NCBI RefSeq assembly: GCF_006345805.1
Contig: NC_043005.1
Location: 67,890,001 to 67,954,000, forward strand
From: Octopus sinensis
Taxonomy: Eukaryota
DNA: 64,000 bases
Reading direction: 5' to 3'
How positions within the stretch are numbered: the stretch's first letter is position 1; each line of letters opens with the position of its first letter. The notes beneath the pieces are model-generated. The model worked only from the letters and a program-made list of their open reading frames with translations, was not told the origin of the DNA and made no database searches. Shown one piece after another: positions 11,773 to 24,800 of this stretch. A program made the translations under genes and the position numbers.

Positions 11773-12590
11773 TTAAAGAAAATTATGGTAACGTTTGTGT
11801 TTCTTACAAATAATACATCACAGGCATGGCTGTGTTGTTAAAAAGCTTGCTTCTTAGCTACATGGTTTCAGGTTCAGTCCCACTGCATGGCACCTTGGGC
11901 AAGTGTCTTCTGTTATAGCCATGGGCTGACAAAAGTCTTGTGATTGAATTTGGTAGGTAGAAGTTATTGTCATGTGTGTGTAAGTGTTTGTGCCGAGTAA
12001 CAAAGGGAAATTGCTTGTTAGTTTTGATGTCTTTAGACAAAAGAAAATATCTTATTTGAAAAATGAGAGTTGACATTCGACCATAGAACACCACTCAAAG
12101 AAACCTCATCCAGCCCATACAAGCATGGAAGAAGCAGACATAAAGACAATGGCTGTAAAGTAGAGAATTTATAGACCAACTCTTGAACACACTTCTGCAT
12201 GCAGCAGTGTATTCAAGAGTGACAGTATTCTGCATAGATTTCTCGTAAGAACAAAACCTACCCAAAACTGATCCAAACTAAAGAACTATATCTGTAATTC
12301 TCCATAACATTTGTAAAAGCTGACAAGGCTAATGAAAAAGTCTTTAATGAAAGGGGAAATAGCAAAGTCAGGAATGAGTGAATATATCGGATGCCACAGG
12401 AAATTGTTCAATGAAACTGCTATTATAAAGAATGATGGCGGAAACAAAGTAATGAAGTAATTCATGGAACCACTTAATGATAATAGTAAGCATAGCCTTG
12501 ACTTCAGCTCAGTATGAAATCAAATGCAAATATCCTAAACATACTATACATATATAGATATATATATATATAGATAGATAGATAGATATA

Positions 12591-12822
12591 CAGGGCGGCC
12601 CAAAAGTTGGTTTGCAATTATTCAATTATCTCTTTTGCATTTATATATTAACAGTTTGGATCTTAATTATAAAATATGTAACTATTACACTATGATAATT
12701 TAGTTAATTTTGTCAAGCTCCCTTTTCAGTTTGTAAGATAGGAATTTAAATGTAATAAAATGATTTAAAAGAAATTTAAAGTACCTACTTGATAACTGTA
12801 AGCCTACATTTGGACCACTCTA
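12591..12822. mobile_element. Tc1/mariner-type MITE
   Basis: Imperfect TIRs cagggcggcccaaaagttggtttgcaatt / aactgtaagcctacatttggaccactcta, with a TA-rich left flank. Confidence 0.55.
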
Positions 12823-13087
12823 CATATATATATATGGCGTTAGGAAGGGCATCCAGCCGTAGAAACACTGCCAGATCTGACTGGGCCTGACGAAGCCTTC
12901 CAGCTTCACAGACCCCAGTTGACCCGTCCAACCCATGCTAGCATGGAAAGCGGACGCTAAACGATGATGATGATGATATATATTGGTAAAAACAGTAAGA
13001 TAACAAAAGAAAGAAAGAGACCTCAATATTATGTAAATAGAGGAATTCATCTGTAAATATAATATGTGACAATTATTCGGTAGCCAA

Positions 13088-13148
13088 GATAAAACTCCGA
13101 GTTTCAAATGCCGAGGTGGAAATCCACACCACCATCTCTTCAGTTATC
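13088..13148 (-). ncRNA. Minimal type-I hammerhead ribozyme motif with intact core
   Basis: Minus strand reads GATAA CTGAAGA gatggtggtgtggatttccacctcggcattt GAAA CTC-G-GAG TT^TTATC. Perfect 5-bp stem I, stem III with 1-nt loop, GUU site. Confidence 0.8.
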
Positions 13149-13605
13149 CGGCCATCTGAAAATCCATTTCATAGAATAATCTATGTAATAGGCGTCCATA
13201 TATATATAGTTTACAGTTCCAGCATAGGTGGAAACAACAAAAAAATGTACTCCATCCAGTGAGAGATAAATATCATTTAATATATATGATTACAAAAGAG
13301 CTACTAATAGTTTCATGCTTTAAGATACATTAAATTGGCAGATTTATATAATATGCCATAGATGTTGATGATGATGTATCTCCAAGTATTCTTGGTCTTC
13401 TTTCCTTTCTTCTTGTTCCATTCAACCCTCTGCGTGTTTTTTGGTTTTTTTTTTTGTTTTTCTGTTTGTTTGTTTTTACTTCTCATTTCTTGTCATGTTT
13501 TGTCATGCTCTAGTGTCCTGGTTTTTAGAAACATTTTACGTATGAGCTGAGCCTGAAAGATTGCTGGGAGATGCTATTAGTAGCTCTTTTGTAATTGTGT
13601 ATATT

Positions 13606-13644
<39 letters not shown>

Positions 13645-14386
13645 TGCCAGATCAGAGTGGAGTCTGGTGCAGCCATCTGGTTCGCCAGACCTCAGCCAAA
13701 TCATCCAACCCATGCTAACATGGAAAGCGGATGTTAAACGATGATAATGATGATGAGTTTAAATCATAATAAATGCACAAACAAGTGGGAAACAGACACA
13801 GATGGTCGCCAACTCCTCATTAGTTATCAGTCAGTGAGTCAATTGCAATTTCTCATCTAACCAATAATATTGTATCCCCTACTGGTGGTACTGATGGAAA
13901 ACACTATCAGGAATTGGCACTGACATCTATATATATGTCATACCTTTGTGCATCTATTGTTTAAAATGAGCACACTCTAGGGAGATTTTACCTACTGGAT
14001 TAGTGTGTTAACAATACCTAGTGGATTAGTGTTAATAAACCTCATCGATTTGGTATTAATAATTACCAGTGATTTAGAAGGTTATGAATTCAAGTCTGCT
14101 TTGAAACTGTATATAGATATTCAGGAATGATACATAACAATATTGAATACAGCTTAATTGAAAACACAAATGAGGATGTTGTTAATTAGGCATGACCCTG
14201 TGATTAAACAGCTTGCTTTCCAACAATGTGACTTCAGGTTCAGTCCCAATGCACAGCACTCTGGACAAAGGTGCATTGGCCCAGGGATATGGTTGAATAT
14301 CTTTAATATATTAATATATCTCTGGGTCAACTAATAATGCCTGTTAAAGAAACTTGTCATGTATGTATGTGTGTATAAATAAAAAG

Positions 14387-14429
<43 letters not shown>

Positions 14430-14435
<6 letters not shown>

Positions 14436-15350
14436 CATCCCATAATTAATGTGGTTTTTTCAGTTGTATGAACTAAAAGTTGGAGGGTGATGGGATAAAC
14501 TACCTGCATCAACTTGCTATAAAAGCAGGTAGTAATTTTACCTTGTCTTTATTCTTAGTGCAAGTTTTGAAGAGTGTATTTCGATTTTAATAGTCATTTT
14601 TTCAAAGCTATAATGAAAGTGACAAAGGGGCATATTCGGCATATTTTGCTTTATGAGTTCAATAAAGGCAACAACACAACAGAAAGTGCAAAGAATATTA
14701 ATGCAGTATATGGGGATCAGACAATAAGCATAAGCCAGTGTCAACGGTGGTTCCAGAAAATCCGAGTTGGAAACTACAGTCTAGAAGGTGAGCTTCATCC
14801 TTGAAGATCTGTAGAGCTCAATGAGGACGTCCTGCAAACCCTGGTGGAACAAAATCCCATCATAAGTGTTGAGGAACTAGCTGAGAAGCTTGGATTTGGT
14901 CATTCTACCATTCATTGATACGAGCACTAGAAGAAAAATAACCATCTTTGGTTTCAAGATGAAAGGTGTTCTTCCATCAGGATAATGCTCAGCAACATAC
15001 AGCAAGGATGACATTCCAAAGGTGTGAGCAGTTTGAATGGAAAACAATGCCCCACCCTCCATATTTGCTGCACATTGCCCCATCTGATTATCATTTATTC
15101 CACAGTCTTCAAAATCATTTGGATGGAAAAAATAGGAATTCTGTAGACGAGGTCAGAACAGTACAGGAGGAGTATTTTTTATCACAGGCAAGTGAATTTT
15201 GGAAGAGGGGCCTTGCAAGTCTACCAGATAGATGGAAGAACGTTGTAGAAAATGAAGAAGAGTATATTTTAGATTAAAAAAGAACTTCATCTTAATTTTG
15301 AAAAATATAAGAAGTATAAAAAAAATGGCATTATTTATGGGATGACCCAA
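14430..15350 (+). mobile_element. Internally deleted mariner transposon
   Basis: TIRs tagggtcatcccataattaatg / cattatttatgggatgacccaa with TA flanks. N-terminal HTH (HIRHILLYEFNKG...QRWFQK) and C-terminal DDD region (FHQDNA...PSDYHLF). Confidence 0.92.
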
Positions 15351-16468
15351 TATATAGTTCAAAAGTTAGACAAAGGGAAAAATGGACATAAACTGGGCAG
15401 AAACATAACAAACAGGAAAGGAAGACAAAGACACAATACAAGGAACAGTTGCAGCTGATTTTCTCATCAGCTGGTTTCCAAGATGTCTTTGTGGTTTCAT
15501 GCTATTTAAAACCAAAATCACTCTTGTCTAACAAGAGCAGCATAGCATAGAGCTACAGGTAAAAGGTGAAGAATGTGTGCAAGGACAGAACATAATAACA
15601 TTGCATGTGAGATAAGAAATAATGACAAGATATAATAGACAAGGTTTGGTACATATACAAAAGAAAATGCTGTACAATAGGCTAAAGGAATAATTATATG
15701 TGTACAGGACTGTATATCATCATCCTTTAATGTATATTTTCCATGTTGGCAGGGTGGGACAGTTTGATCAGAATTGGCAAGTTGGAAGGCTGCACTGGGT
15801 TCCAGTCTGATTTGGCTTGGTTTCTATGGCTGGATGCCCTTCCTTAACATCAACCACTTTACAGTAGTGCTGGGTGCTTTTAACATGGCATCAGCATGAA
15901 TATTTATATGTATGTAGTTTGTGATTGCCACCCCCACTGCTTGATAGTGCTGGTTTGTTTATGTCCCTGTAACTTAGTTTTGGAAAAGAGCCCAATGGAA
16001 TAAGTACCAGACATAAGAACCACTACTATGGGTGATATGTTTTGACCAAACCCTTCAAGTCAGTACCTAGCATGCCCACAGTCCATTGACTGAAAGAGGG
16101 GCAAGATAAGAGATTTGATCATTTCTCAAAGGTATAGACACAGAATATATTAAATAATCAAATTAAGGACACAGGAAATGTGTCAAAGCCGACAGGAAGC
16201 GTTGATGCTTCCTAGGGCTAAATAACGGTGGTGTGATTCCCTTTATGGGACTGTCACGTTAAGTTGACAGTATACAACTACTCTATCATTCCACCACTGC
16301 TTATATCTCTTTGAGATATTTAGAAATTTAATATTTCTAATCAAATTAAAGTTTTTCCTAATTAAACCTGTTTACTTTCTATTTAGTTACTCTGTGTTTT
16401 CATATAAAATTGACTTTTGTTTTTATATTTTTACAGAATTGTAACATTTGAAGAATATTTGAATCAAA

Positions 16469-16612
16469 ATGATCTTGAAAAACCTTGGAGTCATTTTGGC
16501 AATTATAACTGTGTTGATATCTTATTGGTTATATGAGCCATTGCCTGATTCAGTAGCAGAACCTTGGAAGTTACGTACAGTAATAGCAGGAAGTAAAGTC
16601 CTACATGCTGTT
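16469..16612 (+). CDS. AADAC-like coding exon 1 (48 aa, signal-anchor)
   Basis: [48 protein letters not shown], then GTAAGT donor at 16613 (phase 0). A pyrimidine tract plus TTACAG acceptor ends at 16436, so this exon probably starts at 16437 and carries 32 nt of 5'UTR. Confidence 0.92.
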
Positions 16613-18757
16613 GTAAGTATATCATTATTCTACATTAATTTATTAATTTTTATCAATATTATTATTTACATTTGACAGATATTTGTTCTCATCTTTGTTG
16701 TTAACACAAAGTTTTGGCTGATATACCCTCCAGCCTTCATCAGGTGTCTTGTGGAAATTTCAAACCTGGGTTTTCATTCCTAAGGTATTTTTCGATGTTG
16801 TTGTTGTTAATATTATTATTATTGTTATTATCATTATTAATATTATTATTATTATTATTCAGGTCACTGCCTGGAATCAAAATCGGAATCTTGGGGTTAG
16901 TAGCCCGTGCTCTTAACCACTAAGCCATATACCCGTGGTTAAGAGCACAGGCTACTAACCCCAAGATTCTGAGTTCGATTCCAAGCAGTGACCTGAACAA
17001 TAATAATGATAATAACAACATCGAAAAATACCCTAGGAATGAGAACCCAGGTTCGAAATTTCCCCAAGACACCTGATGAAAGCTGGAGGGTATATCAGCT
17101 GAAATGTTGTGTTAACAACAACAAGATGAGGACAAATATCTGTCGAATGTAAATAATGTACATAATTCCTCATCTCTTAAATATAGAACTGTAATATTAT
17201 TATTGTTATTATTAAGTTAGCACTTTGGACAAAATGCTTAGTGGTATTTTGCCCATCGCTACATTCTGAGTTCAAATTCCACCAAGGTCGACTTTGCCTT
17301 TCATCCTTTCAGGGTCAATAAATTAAGTACCAGTTAAGTACTGGGGTCGATGTAATCGACTTACCCTCCCCCATATTTCAGGCCTTGTGCCTATAGTGTT
17401 AAAGATTATTATCATTATTATCATAGAAGATGCTTGGAGTAGTGGTTAGGATGTTGCACTCAAGATCATGAGATCCTGGTTTCAGTTCCTAGACCAGGTG
17501 ATGCATTGTGTTTTTTAGTTAAAACACTTCATCACACGGTGCTCTGCCATCACTACGACACCTGACATGTGGTACACCACACACCTGCTCAGGTAGCATT
17601 GATTTGATGGAGTTAATGAGCTAATGTACAACACATGCATTTAATCATTATAAACAAATCATTTGTGCAGATTGTTCAGCAAAAGCTAAAACACTCATAC
17701 ATCATCTTTCAAGGGAGAGTCCACCATCATCATTATTATTATTATTATTATTATTGAGTGAGAGAGCAGTGTATGCCATCAAAGTGACATGAGGTACAAC
17801 TATACAAAGCCCAATATACCCATCATGACTACCCGTCTGATAAGAGTACACCAGGCATATGCATCACATCTGCATGTGCATAAAATGGTGATTTCATATC
17901 AAGATAAACAACACATGACCTTGCAGATGGAACCCAGTTAGAATTTTCTTCATGTTGAGTAACCCATCCCACTCAAAGTGTCTCATTATTATTGTTGTTG
18001 TTGTTATTCAGCAGTCTTATTTTTATCATGTGCTTTCGCTGCACTACCAAGTGCAGCTGTGTGTGCCTTGGGTATGTGCTGTGGTTTGTTTTGGTGTTGT
18101 TATTTTTACTATTGAATATGCTTTAAGTAGGATTTCTACTGTGCCTGGTAGTGCTATTTTCTGTATGTTATATATACTTGTTAGTCCTGCTGTTTTGGTT
18201 ATGTATTTGTATGGTTTTTACCCATACTTGATACACCTATTATAAGTATTGCTTCTGTTTTTAGGCTCCACATTTGGGTTATCTCTATTTCCAGATCTTT
18301 GTATTTTGAGTGTTTCTCCTTTTCATCATCTGCTGTTGCTGCTATTATTTGTGTGTGTGTGTGTGTGTGTGTGTGTATAGTCTTTTATTCTCTTATTTGT
18401 TTCAGTCATTTGACAGCGGCCATGCTGGAGCACCGCCTTTAGTCGAACAAATTGACCCCAGGACTTATTCTTTGTGAGCCTAGTACTTATTCTGTCGGTG
18501 TCTTTTGCCAAACCGTTAAGTGACAGGGATGTAAACACACCAACATCAGTTGTCAAGCAATGGGGGGACAAACACAGGCACACACACACACACACATATA
18601 TATGACTGGCTCCTTTCAGTTCCCATCTACCATATCCACTTTCAAGGCTTTGGTCAGCCCAAGGCTAATGTGGAAGTCACTTGCCCATGATATCACACAG
18701 TGGGACTGAACCCGGAACCATGTGGTGATTAAGCAAGCTACTTACCACACAACCATG

Positions 18758-18813
<56 letters not shown>

Positions 18814-21800
18814 AAATTATTGTCATTTTCTGTCAGCTTTCCATGCTGGTATTGATTGGATAGTTCAACTGCATTTGATAGGCTGGATGGTCACCTCTTG
18901 CTCAGATGTCGCAGTTTTGGTATGGCACAGTTTCTGTACTTTTCATGGTACCAGCACTAGAGAGTATTTCATGCCCTCTGTGAGACTAAAGAACCCTCTC
19001 AGCCCTGAGTTGTATCTATTCAATCCTCCAATCACTTTGCAGAATGCACTGGATGCATTTTATATCATTCGAGGGAGGTCATTTTGTTACTCTTTGCAAG
19101 ACTAAGAAGCAACAGTAATGGAGAGAAAGTGATGTGTTGAGAGAAGTTAAATTATGATGATTGACACAGATTTATTATCACTGGGAGGAGACCTTGCTGG
19201 GGTAAAGGATAATAGAGAGAAAAGAAAGAGTCATGTCAAGGATTAGTGAAAGAGAAAAAGAGATAGCAAAGGATACTCAGTAGGGAGTGAACACATATCT
19301 ACCGCACTTGGATGTGATCCAAGGCAAGTTGTCTTGCTTGGTCTAGGACTTTTAAATACCTAGTGTTATTAGGGAGTCTCCCTGAACACTATTTCACGGC
19401 GAATTTGGCCAATAAACAAAACACACACATTGTATATGTGCATATGTGTGATTGATATTATATATGCCAGGTTCAATGAATTAACACATAGGTGGTTGAG
19501 TGTAAAACACTGTACTCTGAGTGTACAACATTAAGGGTACAACACTGACATATTGTACCCTTGATGTAATTCTACAGCAGAGTCAGCATTACATAGTGTG
19601 ATTTGGCTGGGCCTTTTATTTATTGACACAATCATAGCCTTTTGAAGAAAACAGCCTCTTTTTCACTTTGGTCTTATGCTTAATTATTTGTAACTTCTTT
19701 AATAAATGATATACAAAAAAAAAAAACCCACATCAGCTGAGCTATAGCCTTTAGACCCAAACTTTATCAGGTTAAAGTGCAAAAAAGTGGCCTGATGTAT
19801 CAAATTGGCCATGTGTCTTGTGAGCTTTCAGCTAATATAAAAATGATATGATTAGTCTATTACAAATAGAGTTGTCAGAGTTGATGATAACGTTGAGGTG
19901 TAGAAAGTTATGTACCAGCTGCACAGGTCTTATTGTAAATGGTTTTGTGTCCTACAGAGAGTGTATGGGGTGTCAATAAATGTTACTGTTTTCTATGTTG
20001 TGCAGTGCGAACGTGGTTGTATGGTTATGAAGTTTGCTTCCCACAAGGCTTTAGGTTCAGTCCCATATCATATAACACCCTGGGCCGTCTTAAGCCTTAT
20101 GAGTGAACTTGGTAGACTGAAACTGAAAGCCTGATGTTGGTGTTGGAGAATATCAGAATAATAAAGAAAGCCCAAGATGAAGACGAATGGCAAATATTTA
20201 TTTCTTTATGGCCCACAAGGGGCTAAATATAGAGGGGACAAACAAGGACAGACAAAGGGATTAAGTCGACAGCACTGATCCCAGTGCGTAACTGGTACTT
20301 AATTTATCAACTTCAAAATGACGAAAGGCAAAGTCAACCATGGCGGAATTTGAACTCAAAATGTAACGGCAGACGAAATACCGCTAAGCACTTTGCCCGA
20401 AATGCTAACGATTCTACCAGCTCGCCACACTATGGAGTGCTAAAAAAATGTTTCAAGTGTTTCAACAACAGAAATGCCAAGGGAATGACTTGACTTGACT
20501 TGATCTGCCAATCATTCTATAACAATAAGGATAAAATTTACTTATATGTGGCTTGGCAAAATCATTAGAGCATTGGGAAAAAGGTGTGTAGTATTTCTTT
20601 CAGCTCTTTATGTTCTGGGTTTTCGTTTGATCGAGACCATTATTATTATTATTATTATCATCTTTATTAAGGCAGTGAGCTGGCAGAATCGTTAGCACAC
20701 CAGGTGAAATGCTTAGTGGCATTTCATCTGTCTTTACATTCAGAGTTCAAATTCTGCCAAGGTCAACTTTGCCTTTTATCTTTTCGGAGTCATTGAAATA
20801 AGTACCAGTTGAGCACTTGGGTCATTGTAATCGACTAGCCCCACCCCCCAAAATTTCAGGCCTTGTGCCTATAGTAGAAAGGATCATTATTATCATTATG
20901 ATGCTAGCAAGCCAGCAGAATGATTAGCATATCAGATGAAAATGTTAAGCAGCATTTCTTCCAACTTTTTATGTTCACAGTTCAAATAACAAGGCCCACT
21001 TTTCCTTTCATCATTTCAGGTCTGATAAGATAATGTGCCAGTCAAGTACTGGAGTCAATGTAATACTAACTGCTTTCTCCTAAAAATTGCTGGCCTTGTG
21101 CCAAAATTTGAAATTAGATAATAATGATTGATATTACTAAATACCTTCAAGGCGGTGAGCTAGCAGAATCATTAGCACGCCAGGCAAAATGCTTACCGTC
21201 ATTTTATCTGTCTTTACATTCTAAGTTCAAATTCTGCCAAGGTTGACTTTGCCCTTCAACTTTTCGAGGTCAGTAAAATAAGTACCAGTTGAGTACTGGG
21301 GTTCATGTAATCAACTATCCTACTTCCCCAAAATTTCAGGCCTTGTATCTATAGTAGAAAGGCTATTACTAAATACTTTCCTGTATTTAACCCTCAAATT
21401 CTATGAAATTTACTTTTCATACAATCAGTGTTAATAAAGAGGGGCAGGAGCGGCTGTGTGGTTAGTAGCTTGCTTACCAACCACATGGTTCTGGGTTCAG
21501 TCCCACTGCGTGAAACCTTGGGCAAGTGTCTTCTACTATACCCTTGGGCCGACCAAAGCCTTGTGAGTGGATTTGATAGATGGAAACTGAAAGAAGCTCG
21601 TCGTATATATGTATATATATATATATATGTGTGTGTTTGTATATCTGTTTATTCCCCCAACATTGCTTGACAACTGATGCTGGTGTGTTTATGTCCCCAT
21701 AACTTAGCGGTTCAGCTAAAGAGACCGATAAAATAAGTACTAGGCTTACAAGGAATAAGTCCTGGGGTCGATTTGCTTGATGAAAGGTGGTGCTCCAGCA

Positions 21801-24800
21801 TAGCCACAGTCAAATTACTGAAACAAGTAAAAGAGTAAAAGATATGTGGTACTAGCCATTCACTAGTCCTGCAATTTTTTATCAAGCTACTTTATCAAAA
21901 TCTCAAAGCTACAAGATAATGCATGATTAAATTGAAACAAAATGAATAAATAAATATTACTTTTGACAGAACAATATGAATGCTAAAGGGTTTATCTCTT
22001 CTGGCAAAAGTTCTCTTCTTTCCATACCAGGTGACACTATTTTCCTCCCTCTCTATATACACACACATAAATATATATATATATACATATATGCAACAGG
22101 TTTCTTTCAGTTTCCCTCAACCAAATCCACTCACAAGGCTTTGGTTGGCCCGAGGATATAGTAGAAGACACTTGCTCAAGGTACCGTGCAGCAGGACTGA
22201 ACCCAGAACCATGTGGTTGGTAAGCAAGCTACTTGCCACATACCACATGCCTCCTTTTCTATTTAGTGCAGTATATTCTGCTAACATCACTTTGAGGTCT
22301 CTTACTTCATACAGGTCCATTACTTTTCTAATTTTCTTGACTAAACTAACCTCCTTCAATATATCTCAAAAGTGACGTGACCCACGTTTTAATGGCTGTG
22401 TACTGATCTTTATTTTCTAACCTAGATCTGAACTCTAATTTTTAACCTTCTTAACTTCTAATTTTAACCTTTGTACTGAAATATATATCATTTATCTATC
22501 TAATTCTTCTATATTTACATCCTACATGTATCTACTTGATTTGTGGTTTCCTTCTCCTATAAGTGCATCCATTACTTCCCACCATCTTTCTTCTTTCCTT
22601 TATTAAAATCTTGACACTTCTTCATCTCATATCCATTTGAACATCTTTGCTTAATCCAGATACTGCTCGCAGTAAAGAGTCTGTTTGATCTTTCCTTGTG
22701 AATAGTTTCGTGTCATCCATAAAGAGGTGATTTCCTTCTTAATAATATAATAGTATTGCTAAAGCTATTATTACATATCATAAAAATCAAATAGCACAAG
22801 CTATCCACCCTGGAAGATTCCATTCCTGATATTGATACTTCCTACTTCTTCACCAGTTAGCAATTGTTTCCCATTTACACACACACTTTACAAAGAACTT
22901 TCTTATATCCTCCGCTATATCTACTATCTCTGAACTTTCTCTGACTCAGCAATGATGAATCATGATGTAGGTATTTTCATAATCAATACTATCAATCAAT
23001 AATTGGTGCTTAATAACTCTACACACCCTTCAGCTTTATTTCTTCTCAAGAAGCATTATATATATATAACTCATTCTCTTTATATCGTTACATACATTTA
23101 ACTTATACACTGGCTGTTTATTCATTTATATACATACATACATACATATAACCCTTTCACACTTATTCGTTCATTCCGCTCTTCGTTCTTTCGTTCCCCC
23201 TCTCTCACATTTCTTTGCCTTCTCTTCTTACTCACTTTCCCTCCACCTTTCACTTCACTGTGTCCCTGTCATTTTTTTCTCGCCCCTCCTTAATTCTTCT
23301 GTCCCTCTACTTCTACTTCTCTCTCTTCTCTTCCCCCTCCTTAATTCTTTTGTTCCTTTGCTTCTACTTGTCTTTCTTCTCTTCCCAGACTGCTCGCTCT
23401 TTCTTTCTGGGTCTGACCATGGTCCATGCAACATCGATATTCTTCCCTGTGTTTGTGAAATATTTGTATCTCTGCTGTAAGGCTTCATTTCCACACACAC
23501 CAGCTTAATTCAATTTGTCCTTAGTCGAAAGACACCTGTTGTTATATCCTGTTATTATTTATATTGTATTTTTTTTATTGTATTTATATTTGTGTAACAT
23601 TACCTGTTTTTTCTGTCCTTGATTTTGTATACATTCAATGCTTTCTTCCAAGGAATCTAATGCTCTTAGCTTAGTTTTTCCTTGGGGCTGGCCAGATTGG
23701 AGCAGTCTCAAGAATAATCAGCCAAAATGCGAGGATGATCTGATTCTTGACTGAAGATAGAAAACTTCGAATGACCTGTCCTTGTTGTCTTTGTATCGTC
23801 TATCTGGATGTTTTGTTGTCTCTTTTTGTATCACCTAGTTGTCCGGATGTTTTGAGTTCTTGTCCCATTTTGTATTTTATATATAAATATATATATATAT
23901 ACATGCATACATTTAACTTTTATATAGACTGGCTCGTTTACATAATCATATGCCTTGGTTGTCATGTATACATTATACTATTGTACATCATGGTTCTCTT
24001 TTATCTATGCATACATTAATGGCACTCCGTCAGTTATGACGAGTGTTCCAGTAGATCCAGCCAATGGGGCAGCCTGCTTCTGAAATTAATGTGCACATGT
24101 CCAAGCACTCCACCAACACATGTACCCTCATTGTAGTTCTCAGGGACATTCAGTGTGACACAGAATGTGACAAGGCTGGCCTTTTGAAGTAAAGTACTAC
24201 TCAGTTTTGCCAGCTGAATGGACTGAAGCAATGTGAAATAAAGTGTCCTGCTCAAGGTCACAACACACCACTGGGAATCAAACTCATGACCTTACAATCA
24301 TGAGCCAAATATTCTAACCACTAACTGTTATATATCCTAGCTGTTTTTATATTCATATTTAAATATATATTCTTTTTACTACAATGATCACAGTACTGTC
24401 CTTGGTATGAGGAACATGTTGAGGAGGATGCTTGAGTTTGAGGTAAATGGACAGCGAAAGCAAGGTAGATTGAGGAAAACGTGGAGGAGACAGGTGTAAG
24501 AGGGGATTGGGAGGGTTGGCTTGAGAAGGAAGGGCACCCAAAACCAGGTGAGATGGTGTGAGGGCATTTGCTATGGCATTGAGGTAGATCCGGCTACAAT
24601 GGGATTCCATACTTGATCTCATGGAAAATCCTTAAGAACCAAGGCCCCTACATCAATGGGACAAGTGCTGCAGGTTATGCATTAACAGGGACAAAATCTG
24701 ATTTAAAACACTGGATGATGATGATATATATCGTCTGTAAAAAAACATAAATCCGAAAGAAGAAGCACACTCTAAGATGTTGAGCTGTATATATTAAAAA

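Noticed and set aside
16876-16990. tRNA genes (A and B boxes, CT-ACT-AA loop)
   Set aside because: No proper acceptor stem, anticodon stem mismatched, and fused to a repeat body; these are SINE heads.
23740-23785. CTGAAGA-tagaaaacttc-GAAT hammerhead-like text
   Set aside because: No GAAA after a paired helix II and no helix I partner in this copy.
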